The notes under the pieces are model-generated. The model saw only the letters and a program-made list of their open reading frames with translations, was not told the origin of the DNA and made no database searches. A DNA stretch of 60,930 nt, the filler included, from Catajapyx aquilonaris (taxonomy: Eukaryota), in the NCBI GenBank assembly GCA_000934665.2. It is 3 parts of 3 records of this genome, joined end to end, with 100 filler letters (N's around TTAATTAATTAA, not from the genome) between each part and the next. Parts side by side here need not be neighbours in the genome. Positions count along the whole stretch, not along the records: positions 20,383 to 40,578 come from JYFJ02006306.1; positions 40,679 to 60,930 come from JYFJ02006307.1; 1 more part is not named here. One strand, given 5' to 3'. The position numbers and the translations under genes are program-made. Each line of letters opens with the position of its first letter. Positions within the stretch are counted from its first letter, which is position 1. Below, piece by piece: positions 40,216-53,752 of this stretch.

Positions 40216-40578
40216 CACTGATAACGTGTGGGCGTTATCTGAAATCCGATCTGAATGTGTTGCGCACCTGCAATAATTCCGGTGTTTGAACCCTCCTGGC
40301 CACATAACATGAGTTAGAAAAAGGTGAGTGTGTGAGCTAAACACAGCTTGACCCCTGCCTGGTGCCCTGGGGCTGGTTTGGTCAGATGCAACTAGCGATT
40401 TGGGCTGTGCTCAGCAGCCCATGGCAGTAGAGGGGACTAGAGGTGCAAGTCGGTCGGGTGCGACCATCACAAACAGCACATCAGCATGTTACAGTACAGT
40501 ATGTGTATGGCCCGATGGATACTCGAGATAAGACAAAGGGTGAAACCCTCAGGAGTCGTTTCCGGTCCTTAATAGGGG

Positions 40579-40678
40579 NNNNNNNNNNNNNNNNNNNNNN
40601 NNNNNNNNNNNNNNNNNNNNNNTTAATTAATTAANNNNNNNNNNNNNNNNNNNNNNNNNNNNNNNNNNNNNNNNNNNN
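40579..40678. other. Artificial contig linker (N44-TTAATTAATTAA-N44)
   Basis: Identical to 20283-20382. Confidence 0.97.
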
Positions 40679-40972
40679 GGTTATGGCACATCGCATCGGT
40701 GTTTACTATCCGAGCGCCATCTGTCAACAAAACAGTCCGCTCGCCTAGCGCCTCCCGCATGAAGCGTCTGAGCGCGCCCGTTCCTCGTCTATGAACCCCC
40801 TCTAGATGGCGTTTCCGGACACAGGTTCCTATGTCAAAAATACTTGTCTTGGTCCCCTCTATTACCCCTGAAAGTCTTTGCAGAGTTACAATAAACACCC
40901 TGTATATTTATCTTTCTATTGCAATGACTTATTCAGCATAAAACTTAAGCAAGTTTAAATACCATCTTTGTG

Positions 40973-42494
40973 TGTCGTGTAAGTCACAGTTTTTAGACCT
41001 TTTTTAAATTTTTAGCTGTAGTACCAAAATCTAAAAGTTGATATTAATTACCTTCTCACTACACGGACTCTTCAAATAATAGTAATAATTTTGAGGTAAT
41101 TTTTGCCTGAACATTGTTATGGGCATTTAATTCTTGTCGTGTAAGTCACACTTCGGCTTGGATGCCACTGTCACTATTGTTTCCCAGCTGTTAAAATAGC
41201 ACTTACAGTAGTGGAATGGAAGAAAAAGCAAATGTCGTAGTTAAAGTAAGAAGAGATGTAAGAGCTGTCCTAGATAAGTGCATTGGTAAGGCAAAAAGAC
41301 AGGTGTAATTTTTTTTTTATGGTGACTGTTAGTGAGAGAGAAGCGTTGAAGGTAAAATGTAGAGTTTGAGAAGCCATCAATGCCAGACAGTTTGATCCAA
41401 ACACAGCTGGAGAATTTGCAGAAGTTGCCCATAGAGTTAATCCAAATATTAATATTATATTCATTGAATCAAAGGACATTGAATGAAGAATAGCTACGCC
41501 TGATGAAATGTGGACACCTACTGTAAAAGAAGTTGTTTATTATCCTGACTAAGAAAATCTCATTATTTCAGTACACTTGGACATTATGAACTAGAATATT
41601 CTCTTATTTCCAATGCTTCCATTCTTGCGTTTTATATTGTTTATTTTTAACTTGACTTGACTGCAAATGTAATGGACAGAACTCACTACATGCTTTGTTG
41701 GGCAAGTTATACCAATAATTTATAGACCATTTTATACACACATGTAGACTACATACATTGTAGTAACCTACATATACATTCCGCATTCATGGCATTGTAT
41801 CCCATGACAGGGTGGCCAGCGATGACCATCAGGTATCACACCTGGCCATCTCACATGGCAATACAATGAATCCACTGCTACCTGCTTAGGTACACACATG
41901 CATTATACATGTTCAAATGCTAATGATAAGAATTGTTGCCCTGCACATTCTCATCTAGGCCTATCATTTACATGTTTTAATAAAATAACATGTAATAAGA
42001 GAGATTACTTTGTTTCTGTCCTAAAAATCTAAAATTCTTCTCATAAATCTCATTAGGAAGCAATGAGGACAAAAGTGTCGTGTAAGTCACGTTTCGAGTG
42101 TCGTGTAAGTCACAAAAGAAAAAATTTATTTCTTGTAAAATTAATAACATAACACCAAGTTCACATAATAATATTTCAATTTGGGTCTTTGAAAATATCC
42201 TCCCTATAATAACACTAACATTTAAGTCATAACTGTGAAGAATTTTACATTAATATCTGAAGCCTCTGTTACCAGTGGCTTTCTTGTCGTGTAAGTCACA
42301 CATTCCTTTATATATTTATATAACTCAAATGAAATGTGCAATTGTTAAAATCAAAACATTAATTAACACTTAGATACAAAGTGCATATTTAGGTTTAAGC
42401 ACCATTTCCTTAAATGCTACGTTTGTGGTTTAAAAATTTAAAAGTTAGGCATAAACTGAGTGTCATGTCGTGTAAGTCACGCGTGGAATTAGCC
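40973..42494. mobile_element. Decayed DNA transposon with six exact TGTCGTGTAAGTCAC direct repeats (possibly Sola-like)
   Basis: 15-mer at 40973, 41135, 42076, 42099, 42285 and 42466. The end CACGCGTGGAATTAGCC looks like a terminus. Broken peptide EAINARQFDPNTAGEFAEVAHRVNPNINIIFIESKDIE near 41370-41485. Confidence 0.55.
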
Positions 42495-44097
42495 AATACT
42501 AATAGAAGAACTAATAGAAGTGCTGATCATGAGGTTTTATAGGGGAAGAAAATGCTAATTTGCACCTTCACTATAAGTTACATGATATGAGAGAATTAAC
42601 ACTGATAATCACGCATTGCTTATGTACTAACAGTCTAACACTGCAAACATATAGCGTATGTACAAAATGCAAATAATTTAAATTTGTGCATAGGCCTGCA
42701 ATATTATTATATTGAGTACCTTATCGACTTATGCTCTAGGCTAGCAAAGTGGCTAAGTTAGAATAAAAGTTACACCGACTCTCTAAAATTATAATTATTC
42801 CATATCTGAAGCAGTGCATATACTGCTATGCACATCATTCTGTGCTATAATATGCTGCAGATTCGATTTATACATGAGAATAACACCTAGTGTTTAAATG
42901 GGACAACGATAATTCGGTGGAAATGTCGTGCTGAAGAGTACATTTGCTGACTTGGCGGACGTGGGAACATATCGACTAGCGACATGTGCATTTTCTGAAT
43001 TGACGTCTCATGCAGCCCAATAACCGTGGCAAAGGCCCAATCACGACAGAGAAAACCACTTCTGTTCCAAGAATCAACCAATCCGCAGGATTTTCCATCT
43101 CCTTGCAGGAAATAAGGCAAAGGATGAGAACTGGAAGGAGGGATTCAGTGCTGTTCAGGCTCTTTGCATGAGGTAGACGCAATCTGTCCTGGCACGACCT
43201 GCCTAGAGCCAGGACTAATCAAGTTGCAGCAATCTGCATACCTGGGTAAGGCATTCATTTTGCATAAAACTTATTGCAAATTCGTTCCGTCACACCGGTA
43301 CACGTACTTTATTAGGAGTCGTAAGTTATTCAGTGACGTCATAAGTATAGAGCTCTCTACCGTGTCAATTGTTATTACGTATAGTCTAATCATTACAGAC
43401 TAATATTACGACATAATAATTATAATGAAAAAACTTAAAAGCAGCTTAATATAAATTACTTAATTAACCTAACATGACTTACGCATCTGAATGTTTACTG
43501 CTGTTGACGAATCAGTAAAAGTCCGTTTTGAGGTAGGTGTCACATTTTCAGTCCTTTCGCATGAATCAAGAGAATGTTAAAATCCAAAACACTAAGAGAG
43601 TGTTTCGTTTTCATCGGTTCATTATTGGTAGCTCGTAAAATTCTGTATACCTATCCCTGAAGCAAAATTCCCCTACACCCAGCCTTGTCACGCGTGCTAC
43701 TCAAATTGAAATTTCTCCTAAAACAGTTTCAAGCTAAAGTTCTTGTCCCCGAATCGTCATTCGCCGAGTTTATCGCAGACCAACCTGAAAGTAAGGCAAT
43801 ACTGTAATAATTGTCTTAAAACCTTTATTTTGGTACTCATGCAAAAGGTCATTATTTTGTCGAGAATTAATTTTATTTTGAAAAACTGTACAATCTTATG
43901 ATTAAATTGAATATTGTCCGCATACTTTTCTTTTCTTAAAAAATGATAAGTGTGACTTGACACATATACTGCCTGATTTGAATAGGAACAACGCGATGTC
44001 CTCACTTTTACAGAAATAATTGCAGTGCTCGTCGGCATCATTCAAGAGAGTACTTAGCCACGCAACCTCCCTAAGTTGCTCCACATTCTTAGTCAAG

Positions 44098-45518
44098 ATG
44101 GCTCACTTGTACCCCCACGTATTGCATCCCGGTTCCACTACTGATAACACGGAAGAGAAGCACCTTCCCACTACCAATCCTAACCTAGGTGAGGCTGAAT
44201 TATTTTGATAGCTATACAGAAAATTGTGACCACCGAGTTAATTGCCTACTTTTGGGGGTGCTGTTGCAAGTCCAACTGTTAATGAATGTGGGCATTCTAG
44301 GATCGTGGTTGACCCGTGTGGTTGCGGGTGGAGGGTGCAGACGACCCAGAGGAGAAAAGAAGCCTATCCCAGATGAACTGAAGGATGAAAAGTACTACGA
44401 GAGAAGGAAGAGAAATAATGTGGCTGCCAAGAAGTCTAGGGATGCCAGAAAAATGAGAGAAGATCAGGTATAATATACAATTTCCAATAGCCGCAACTGC
44501 AGGTAGAAAATGGAAATCATTTTATTACAGTTGGTGATGATGTGAAATGCAAAACGATCAGAGTTACATTTGACTGATTTACAGATATGAGGGTTGGAAG
44601 TTTGAGGCTTTCATAATATCTTATTAGATTTTTTCTGTCCCTATAAGCAAGAGCTTGTTTCATAATTGAAGGGCAGACAATGCAAAGGTCCTAAGTGCCA
44701 AAAAATCCTGATATGAGTTATGAGTGTCAAGGTATCCTATGTGCCATCGCCAATGTTGGGTAGAAGTCCCAAGTGCCAGAAAAATCAGTAAGGTTCTGCA
44801 TTTGGCCAGTAGATGAGGAGGTTGCCTATGTTGCTTTGTTTTGTTGAGGAGAAAGAAACATCAAGAAATCAAGGTTTTGGCACTTAGGACCTTTGAATTG
44901 TCTGCCCTTCAATTACATTTCTCTATATAGAGAGTGTCATATACTGTCATTTTTAACATAAAACTGGCTTGACCACTACAGTCCTTAATTGGCTACACTA
45001 TATGCATTGCCTCCCTCAATTTTGAACAAAATGTAATGACGATGTGGGCTCGTTCTCAACTCATTTTGGGTTAAGCATTTTGTACGAAGACACTGTTATA
45101 CGCCCACCTAGTTTTTATCTTGAAAGAGTGTATAATAATTATTATGGTCACTTGACGAAAAATCACCTGGCTGTCAGGGCATTTCGCTGCCAGGGAATTG
45201 GCGGTAAACAATTTTGGCTGTCAGCGCTTTTGGCTGTCATGGTTTTTGGCTGTCAGGCAGGCGACCCCCCTATTATTTGTCTGATAACCAAAATCCAAAG
45301 ATCACACAGATCTACGGATGTATGGAACCAGTCAGCTCGACAGGACATTTGTTGTCCAGCTACAAACATATATTATTACCTTTCAGATAGCACTTCGGAC
45401 TAGCCACCTGGAAGCTGAAAATGCACTCCTTAGAACGCAGCTAGCAACTCTAGCTGAAGAAGCAAACTCTCTCAGGAAAATCCTAATTCAGAAACGGCAA
45501 CTCAAATCGCTCACTTAA
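44098..45518 (+). CDS. PAR-family bZIP transcription factor (CES-2/TEF/HLF-like), ~129 aa
   Basis: Phase-consistent GT-AG exons 44098-44188, 44301-44467 and 45387-45518. Sequence [76 protein letters not shown] is a PAR basic region plus zipper. The first exon and start are less certain. AATAAA near 45864. Confidence 0.88.
44668..44910. mobile_element. MITE with AATT TSD (Sola1-like) in the bZIP intron
   Basis: AATT|GAAGGGCAGACAATGCAAAGGTCCTAAGTGCCAAAA ... TTTTGGCACTTAGGACCTTTGAATTGTCTGCCCTTC|AATT. Confidence 0.85.
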
Positions 45519-47006
45519 ATTATTACCTTCAACGAGAAACAAATGTTGATCGTCAAAGTTTCAGGAGTGGCACAATGCAACTGTGGACCAGACCTACCGT
45601 AACCTGAAGCCACGTTTTACATAATTTCCTTACTCATGACACATCATACGATGAATTTGTCTTTATACTCGTACATTTAGGAAGCATATAGGGATCATCA
45701 ATCAAGATGACTTTTGTTGCACCAGTATAATAATATTACCCTACTTTCAAAAACAAAACAAAACAAATAAGCCAGTCCAATGTCACCCTGCAAGGTGTTT
45801 GGGTGACATCAAGTAAGGCAGATTTTATTTTCCAAGGAAACAGGGTTGTTTCATAATGATTCCAATAAACTATTAGGTGCAGCAGTGAATTAAGTTGTGT
45901 AGAGGTGTCATTACTTCCGCAGCCTACGACACTTCCATCGCCTCGGCCACTGCCTGCTGCACCTAACGAGATCGTCGGTTAAATTTAAATCGCATGGTAA
46001 CAAGTGAAAATAATAAATAATAATACGGGTAATAACGTAAATGGAAAAAAGCAAGGTCTTGTGATGGGAAGCATACCTGCCAAGGTATTTTAAACCTCTC
46101 ACAGTTTGCAGCCCATTATGCTGCGGAGACTGCATACGAAGTGATCCTACAAATCTACAGCAGTTTATCTAAAAGTTTGTCAGAATCACTAAGAAACACC
46201 TTGCATAGTTGAGAAGAGTGGGGAAGGCTGATTTTTTTTTGTTACATTTTAATATTATTGTCAGAAATGTCATCATTTGCAGCTCATATTGTTGGCCACA
46301 ACCCAGACGATAGGGCGTAGACTTCCTTTTTGGTCGTAGCACTTGATGACGTAGTTGTTGAAGTTGTTGAACTGCCGATACAGCTTCTTTTTAAGTTATT
46401 TACCATTCTCTTTTCTTCAGCTTTTTTCACCGAAGGGGGGAGGAGGGGTGAATTATAAGATACCCGTACAGTTACAAATGTAAAGTTCGCGAGTATAGTG
46501 TACTCTTGCCCTACCAAGCTATGCGTATACTTTTGCCCTCCCTCAACCTTGGTTTATATTTACTAATGTAGATAATAGCAACAACCAGAAGAACGATTCT
46601 CACCCACGTCATTAAGCAGCTCAACTAACAAGCTTTACAGTGCCATGAGAACAACACACATGTTACCATATGTATCAGTCTATCAGAAAAGTTATACCTT
46701 ACGTTTCAACTTTACAAAATAAGAGCACAATGGCTTAAACACACATACTTCCCTCTTGTGACTATGAATTACGGGTGATTCCAATGCAACAATGGTTGAT
46801 ATTCAGCTCTTATCTTGCCGAACAACAGCCCACTGTCGCGATCATTCTCATTGTTGCCAATATTGTTCAGAACGGCGAACTCTTGCCCGACCGCGCCCTC
46901 TTACTCTCCTTTCCCAATATAAATGTACCGGTCTATGTACCACTATGTAAATCTGTAGTTCGGACATTGTTCTCAGGACTTTTTTGTGTTTACTATAACT
47001 ATAGGC

Positions 47007-47521
47007 CAGGGGTGGCCAAACCGTGGCTCGCGAAGCGCATGCGACTCTTTGACATTACATGTGCGCGCGTCTCTCGGACAAAATTAACATCATTACAATA
47101 GTGTGTTTCAACAGAATTTTGGGAAGTCTAATGTAATTTATCTTGGATGTTTCTATTATTCATTACCATATTATTTTGGAATGCTGCATATTTCATAGCT
47201 CAATGCAGTTAAAGTAATAATAATCAGGCAGGATTTTTTAAAATTCTGTAGGCCTACTGCATCTTACATGTAGGCCTACGAGGGATGTCTGACTATGGCA
47301 CTATGTTTTTTGAAACTATAGGCTAATACAAAGCAACACTTGTAATACGAATAAGTAGGCTAGTACTACATCATAAAATCGTAAATGTATTCCTTATTTG
47401 TAAAAGAATGATCGTGGAACAATAAAAACGTACCGGTATGTGTAATTCTGTAATATTTTTTGTTCATGTCTCGTGGCTCTTCAGTGTCCGAAGTTTGTCC
47501 GCGTTAAATTGTTCACCTCTG
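47007..47521. mobile_element. hAT-type MITE with 8-bp TSD
   Basis: CTATAGGC|CAGGGGTGGCCAAAC..TGGCTC ... TGGCTCTT..TTGTTCACCTCTG|CTATAGGC. Confidence 0.85.
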
Positions 47522-48191
47522 CTATAGGCTAATATTCTGAGATTGTGAATAATTTATACCGTTTGTCCGTTTCGTTGCCAATTAGCCTACTAGTCTTGTT
47601 CAGTTTTTAGGCCCTTCCAAAAGTCTAACATTCCGGCCACATGAACTCGAAGAAAATTATGTCATAACCCCATGCTTCACGCTACAGATAGACTATAAAA
47701 CCCAATTTTCTATATTTATTATTAACAGCAGTAGGCCTAAATCAGTGCTTTTAGCGGGTCCAAACATCTGTCATGGGCTCATGACATTCATAGAAGACTT
47801 TAATAAAAATGGTGTCCAGCAAGTAAAACTTACGTGCTAAATAATGCTAACCTGAATGGACTTACCTGTTCTATAATGGCACAAGAGCTGCCTTTCGTCC
47901 CACAGATGGCTCTGCAAATGCTGATGGTACCGCCACTACTGTAAGAAATTGCAACTATGTGTGTGTGTCCTTATATATTTCAGGCGCTCGATTTGATTGT
48001 CACCAAGCTGTAAGATAGCCAAGAAATTTAATGAACTTGGTCCACAAAGTAAGTAGTCACAAATTGACTGTCAGGCTTATAGAAGATGTGCGTCGATCAC
48101 TGCCACTCATCTAAGGGCAGTTCAATTACTGGTGCTTCTTGTCCTGCTTATGGAGGGTATACAGTATAGGGTTGGGGTCATAATGATCAAG

Positions 48192-51176
48192 TCACTCTTT
48201 GGGCAGGGCACTGTCACTCTTTCCCCTGGCGTAGACCCTTGTCCCTGCCTTTGAACCAAGGACTCGGTCCAATAGGGATTGCTTGCTTTTTCTACGAGCA
48301 TTGTGCACCTCTCGGCACAACTCGTGAAATACTTCTGCAACTTGCAACACTTGTTCCGCTGCGGTCACTTCCAAGAAACTGCACTCGTACTCCTTTGACA
48401 CGTTCTCACCTGGGATTATTTTATCATAATAAATATTACATTATTAAAATCATGACTTATTGGCGCTAGAAAAATAGACACGAGCACTTCTAAAGTAGGA
48501 CCTTACCGTACCTTCTTCTGCAGTAACTTGTCTGAGATGCACCATGTCCGCTTTGTTTCCAACAAGTACCATAGGCACGCAGCAGGCGACTGACGATCCT
48601 GGAGAATTTCCCCCACCCCCTCCCACTGTGCCCCCTCCGGATATTGACACTTCCCTACTATTAGAGACGCCTTTAACCTCCCAAATGTGCTGTTTAACCC
48701 TCCTGATATAATCCAGGCTGCAGTGATCAGTTATGGAGTACACCAGCAGGTAGCCATCGGCCCAATGGATCACCTCTGGGGTTACTAGCTCGTCCCAGTT
48801 CTGAAACAAGAGGTAGCAGTCAGTGCAAGGTGACTGATTCGAACAGGTGGTCTGACCTTAGGGCAGGTGTCGATTATTTCGAAAAGAACGGGCTCGCCAT
48901 CCACCATCATCTCATTCTTGTAACGATTTTCTGCAACCGCAAAAACCGTCTATCAGTGGTACTGGCATATATGAAGTTTCAGTTCCTGGCATGCATGTCA
49001 CATGAAATGGGACGGCTGTGGACCTACCACAAACTGGTGAAGATGCTTGCATTGGCACAAGTCAAAGGCCATTAGTCATGCATGACAGCTCAGGCAACAC
49101 CCACACGGAGTATATACCCAGGGAGCATGCAGCCAGACTTGTGAGAGCAAAAGAGAAGATGACATTTTGGGACAGCCAGGTAGCGATACATATGCAAGGA
49201 CCGGCGTCAGTCAGACAGGGGGCCAACTGGTGTATGACAAAGTGGATGAGGAGGTTATTTTCAGGACCATTTCTCTGGCTAAGGCGGCTATAAACAGGGT
49301 CGTATATCATTCTATTTTTCTTGTACAGACTGAAAGTTGCAGTATTATGTAGGTACTTACCTGCTTGGTGGTCGTACTCTCCTATGTATCTGCGCGTCAG
49401 AAAGCGAACGGTCAAGGCTGTCAAAAGAGACCAATTTTAGTTATTGCGGGAACGGGTAATACCAAATATGCTATATAACTTTATAGGGGTTTCCGTCTTT
49501 ATATTCAATTTCTAGTGTTGAAAATTGCTTAAAAGTAAATAAATATTCAAAGTCTACTTTATATAAAGCTTTGACTTGTTGACTGATTTCTGTGAGGATA
49601 TCCTGCATTCTTTCGGTGGGGGGCAAGTAGGGGCAAGTAGTATCTCAAGTTAGTTACGTACACATACGCCAAATACAATAAACAGAGATGTCTCAACATA
49701 GAGTTTGTTGAATACCGTATTAATATAACAACTACGCAGCATTTTCTACACAATAGCCTAATACCATTGTTATTAAAAAATTATGCACCATTTTCAGAAG
49801 CATCTTATTAATATCTTAGAAAATATTACACCGACCAATATCTAAAATATGTTTACATTGACATGCCTGGGTGGTTTATTTATTTATTTATTTAAGCTAG
49901 GAGTAATCCTATATGGCATTCAGCTTGGACTATTTCAATTGGTTTTTTTTAATGAGGTACGGCACCATATTGATGCATGAGCATGACATTGCACATAATA
50001 TTATGAGGGGGTGAAAATCAAAAACCGACAGCTCCAAAAAAACAAAAAAAAAGAGTTAGCGCCGGCAATGCATTCCTCATGCCATCATGGAGTACGTTAT
50101 GACATGTTGGACGAGCACTTTCGCTAAAGCAAGTTCGAGTCCTTGTGAATTCGCGCAAACTATTTGAGTTCGTGCAACGTCAACTTTCCCCCCTAATTTG
50201 CGCCTATGCAAAACCGCAGTGTCTCAGTAGCCAGTGTTTCGCCAACACAAAAGACCGGCTCTTTGTCAGGAAATTAACTCCCAGATTCTATTCAAACCCG
50301 GCTATTTTGTGACCCCTTCTCCTCTCAAAACTTTGGCTGGCCCACCAAATGAAACTAGCTGGAGGTTTAAAACAAGACACATCCACACAGCTCCCGGATT
50401 CAAGAAGCAGCCTGCAAAATTGTTTCAGTTGCGTCTGTTTGCTTACAGGGAGAGTCGTAAAAATGGTGACATGTTTTGTGAACTGGATTCAGGCCCTTTT
50501 CCACACCTAAGCCTCATTTTTAGGATGCGACCCACTTGCGAAAGACACCTTTTTTTTTAAAAAAAAAAAAAAAGGCAGGACTTAGATTGAGCAGATGCAA
50601 AGTGCGAAGTTAAGTGGAAATAAACATGGCGATCGTTTCCAAATTCAATATTTACGCGGGAGACGTGGGTCGTGATGAACGCCAAACGTCGCCGGACGTT
50701 TACAGACGTATACAATAAATTATTATCTGGCTCGTCATAAAGATAGAGTATATATATGAAGGTGGTGATGGCTCGGTATTTTCCTGTCCTCTCGTACACT
50801 TTAGTGGGGGTTTAACGTCCGCCTATTTCTGCCGCCAGGGGGTGGTGGTCCTCCTGGAAATTTGGCCACTCCGGGGATCTTTAACGTGCATTCGCGCAAT
50901 GTCACAAGCACACAGGACCGACGGCTTTACTTCCCCTCCGAAGGAAGGCGCACTCTCACTTTTCTACCACCCGGAGAAAAGTCACCGACCTCGGCCGGGT
51001 TCGAACCCACAACTTTTGGGACCAGACCACCAGCGCCGTACAGTGTACATACCACTCTTTCCGACTCCAGGAGCTCCGATAACTGCCACTTTGACCTCTG
51101 ACAAGGAAGACTTCTTACGCCGGATCCCCCGAATGGCATTTGAGCTCATCTTGCTCGAAAAGCCGTCTTTCGTCAT
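48192..51176 (-). CDS. RERG/RERG-like Ras-family small GTPase, complete, 5 exons
   Basis: Phase-consistent GT-AG exons 51176-51053, 49417-49361, 48930-48857, 48800-48512 and 48409-48192. Motifs: G1 GAPGVGKS, ALTVRFLTRRYIGEYD, G3 DTCPK, IHWADGYLLVYSITD, G4 NKAD, G5 EVTAA; no CAAX box. Confidence 0.93.
50800..51035 (-). mobile_element. tRNA-derived SINE, family D, in GTPase intron 1
   Basis: Minus strand GGGTTCGAACCCGGCCGAGGTCG (B box), then CCTTCCTTCGGAGGGGAAGTAAAGCCGTCGGTCC and GCACGTTAAAGATCCCC, resembling arthropod SINE bodies as I recall them. Confidence 0.72.
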
Positions 51177-53399
51177 AGGAATCGGCTGGAGTGACCAAAC
51201 GCCACTGAAATGGAATTAAAGCGAGATTGTAGTCATAAAAATGATAGTCCACAGTCACACAGCCATGTTATGATAATAAATTATATTAATAAATATTATA
51301 TTATATTATTAAATTATATAGGTATTAAATTTTATATAAAATTTTTAATTTATGATAATTATGAACTGTCTAGTTGGCTTTTCATATGCCGTATGTTCAC
51401 CTCTAAATGAGTTCTTTTCATGTTCATTTTACATATGAGTTATATGACTGCGAATGAAGTCGCTTTCTTTTATGGAGTAAGACATTTTGCAACAGACTAT
51501 TTATTCTAACGACGAGACAGACGGAGGATTTCCGTGACACTTTTTATTATTCTTGCAAACACCAGCAAGCCGACAACCCATTTCAGTAAATCAGTCTGAT
51601 GTGTTTCTATATCAGAGGAGAGCTCTGTATCTACATAGTGGTTAAAGGTCTAGAGGACATAACGTTTGACAAGAATAGTGTTCCATTAACTTTAACCTGA
51701 AGACTGCAAACCTGAGTGCGGTTTGTTGCCAGCCGTGGACAATTTCATGGCTTTAATGGACCAGTGCTACTTTTCCTTAGGCTGATTTGGTGCAGTGGCA
51801 GTGGTGTTTACACTGTACCAAATTGAAATGAAGGCGAAGATAATGAATATTACGACATCCCTGAAACGATCGTGGAGGGAGATTAGCGGCTCGCTGTTTA
51901 TTAGTACAGGATTTAGTCAAGAAAATCGACATCGCAGTGAGTGGAGCAGAGTCGTTGAAAAGTCAAATGAAAGCTATTACAGATAAGTTACGTTACTTAC
52001 AAGTTAGAATTTTTAAGCATTTTAAATATTTATCCACATCAACTGCAAGTTACACTTCTCAAGACTGGAGTTAAGAAGAAGGCACTTTATAGTGAGTGTG
52101 TTTAAGATTTGGAGCTGAATTTCTGAGGAATGTATTTCAAGCACAAGAAGAAGATTGGTGTATAATCCTGCTATTAAATAGCACTGCGGGAATGACATGA
52201 TGCCTACGTCTAACGAATGACTGTTGAGAATAGGCCCTTCCTGGGACTATGTGTCCAGTATTTAGTAATACTTTGCTCACCAACATAATGAGTAATGACG
52301 AATATGATACATGTGTATGTACCTGGTACAGTATACATTATACAGTAGGTCTATATAATTATTTTGACCTTCATACTCTGCAGAAATCAAAGAAATGTGT
52401 AATGTACCGTATTCAAATCTGAAGGTCGATAACTACTTTCAGAAGTGAGATTTTCATATGCATCTTCCAGCAATCAGGATGGTAGCAAACTTGCACAACA
52501 ACATTAAAGCTGGCTATTAAATGGAGATTATTCTTGTCTCCTCTGAAGAAAAGTACTGTAATTTACTTGCCAGTTATTGACGCACGTACGGTACATAATG
52601 CTCTATAGAGCATTACGTACCGTACGTGCGTCAATTATTAATTATATGAATGTTCCTTTACCACACAACCGATAAAAATACTGTATTATTTTTTATAATT
52701 TATAACTGTTTCCACCAGATAAGCTCTCTGTGGCATGGGATGCTATTCAAAATCTGTTTGCTATTCAACTGTAAAAATTATTTGTTATTGTTTGTCTGAT
52801 TTTTTACAGATGCGTTCATACACCCAGCTCTAAGCATATTATGTTACATTTTGAATACAGTATGCATGGTATTTTAATATTATAAAGAATGCGTTCATCA
52901 GTCCAGCACAGCTCAACACATCTTCACCCACTTGATATTGAGTACCTTAAAGTGACGCAGCTTTATTATCGATTGTACGAGCGTATAATACAGAGTTGTT
53001 CATACGTTCAGGCAAGGTAAAAAATTAAATTTTGATCCCAATTTATTCTATACCTCTGAGATCACATGGAAACAAAATCAAGGAGGTTGAGATGAACTCA
53101 TGGATATTACATCCATTTGATTTTTTTTACATGATTTGAGGAGGAGAGGTAATGCTTAGTATTTTTGATTGGTGTCTATCAGTAACTAGCTGCTTGAGCC
53201 ACCTCAAACTTATCTCCTGCACCAGTTTTTCACTATTAATACAGTATAGTCCACACTTCCTGTACTGTTTGCCAAATGTACTGGGATGTATTAAATATAT
53301 AACTTCCCACTATATATAAATGTTTTATAATGAAATCTTCGTGCGATTGTGAAAATGTTTTCGTGGCAGTCAGCAGCTGCTGCACTAGTAGATATTACA

Positions 53400-53752
53400 T
53401 GAATTAATGGATAATGGGTGTAGTTCATAGCCTACCCTCACCAGGGTTTCGCAGGGACCTTTATTTTCCTCATCAAGGATATACAGTATTTGTCTTGACG
53501 AAGTGCCCGGGTCCGCGGGCAAGAGTGACTGGGAGGGGATGTGCAAGGTGCAGTGCAATGTCGCTGCTGTGTCATTTTGTGAACTCCACCGGGTGGTTAG
53601 TTTAGCGGAAATCCCACCCGAGATGAAGCCAGAGATGACCCCGAACTCTGCATGAGATGAAGGGGGGGGGGGGAATGCCCGGGCTTGGGATCGAACCCGG
53701 GACACTTACATCCGTGGGCGCATTCGTTACCGCAGCGTCACTCCGTCTCCCC
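53400..53752 (-). mobile_element. tRNA-derived SINE, family A, second copy
   Basis: Minus strand GGGGAGACGGAGTGACGCTGCGGTAACG..GGTTCGATCCC..GGAGTTCACAAAATGAC..GACATTGCAC, homologous to 10099-10320. Confidence 0.82.
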
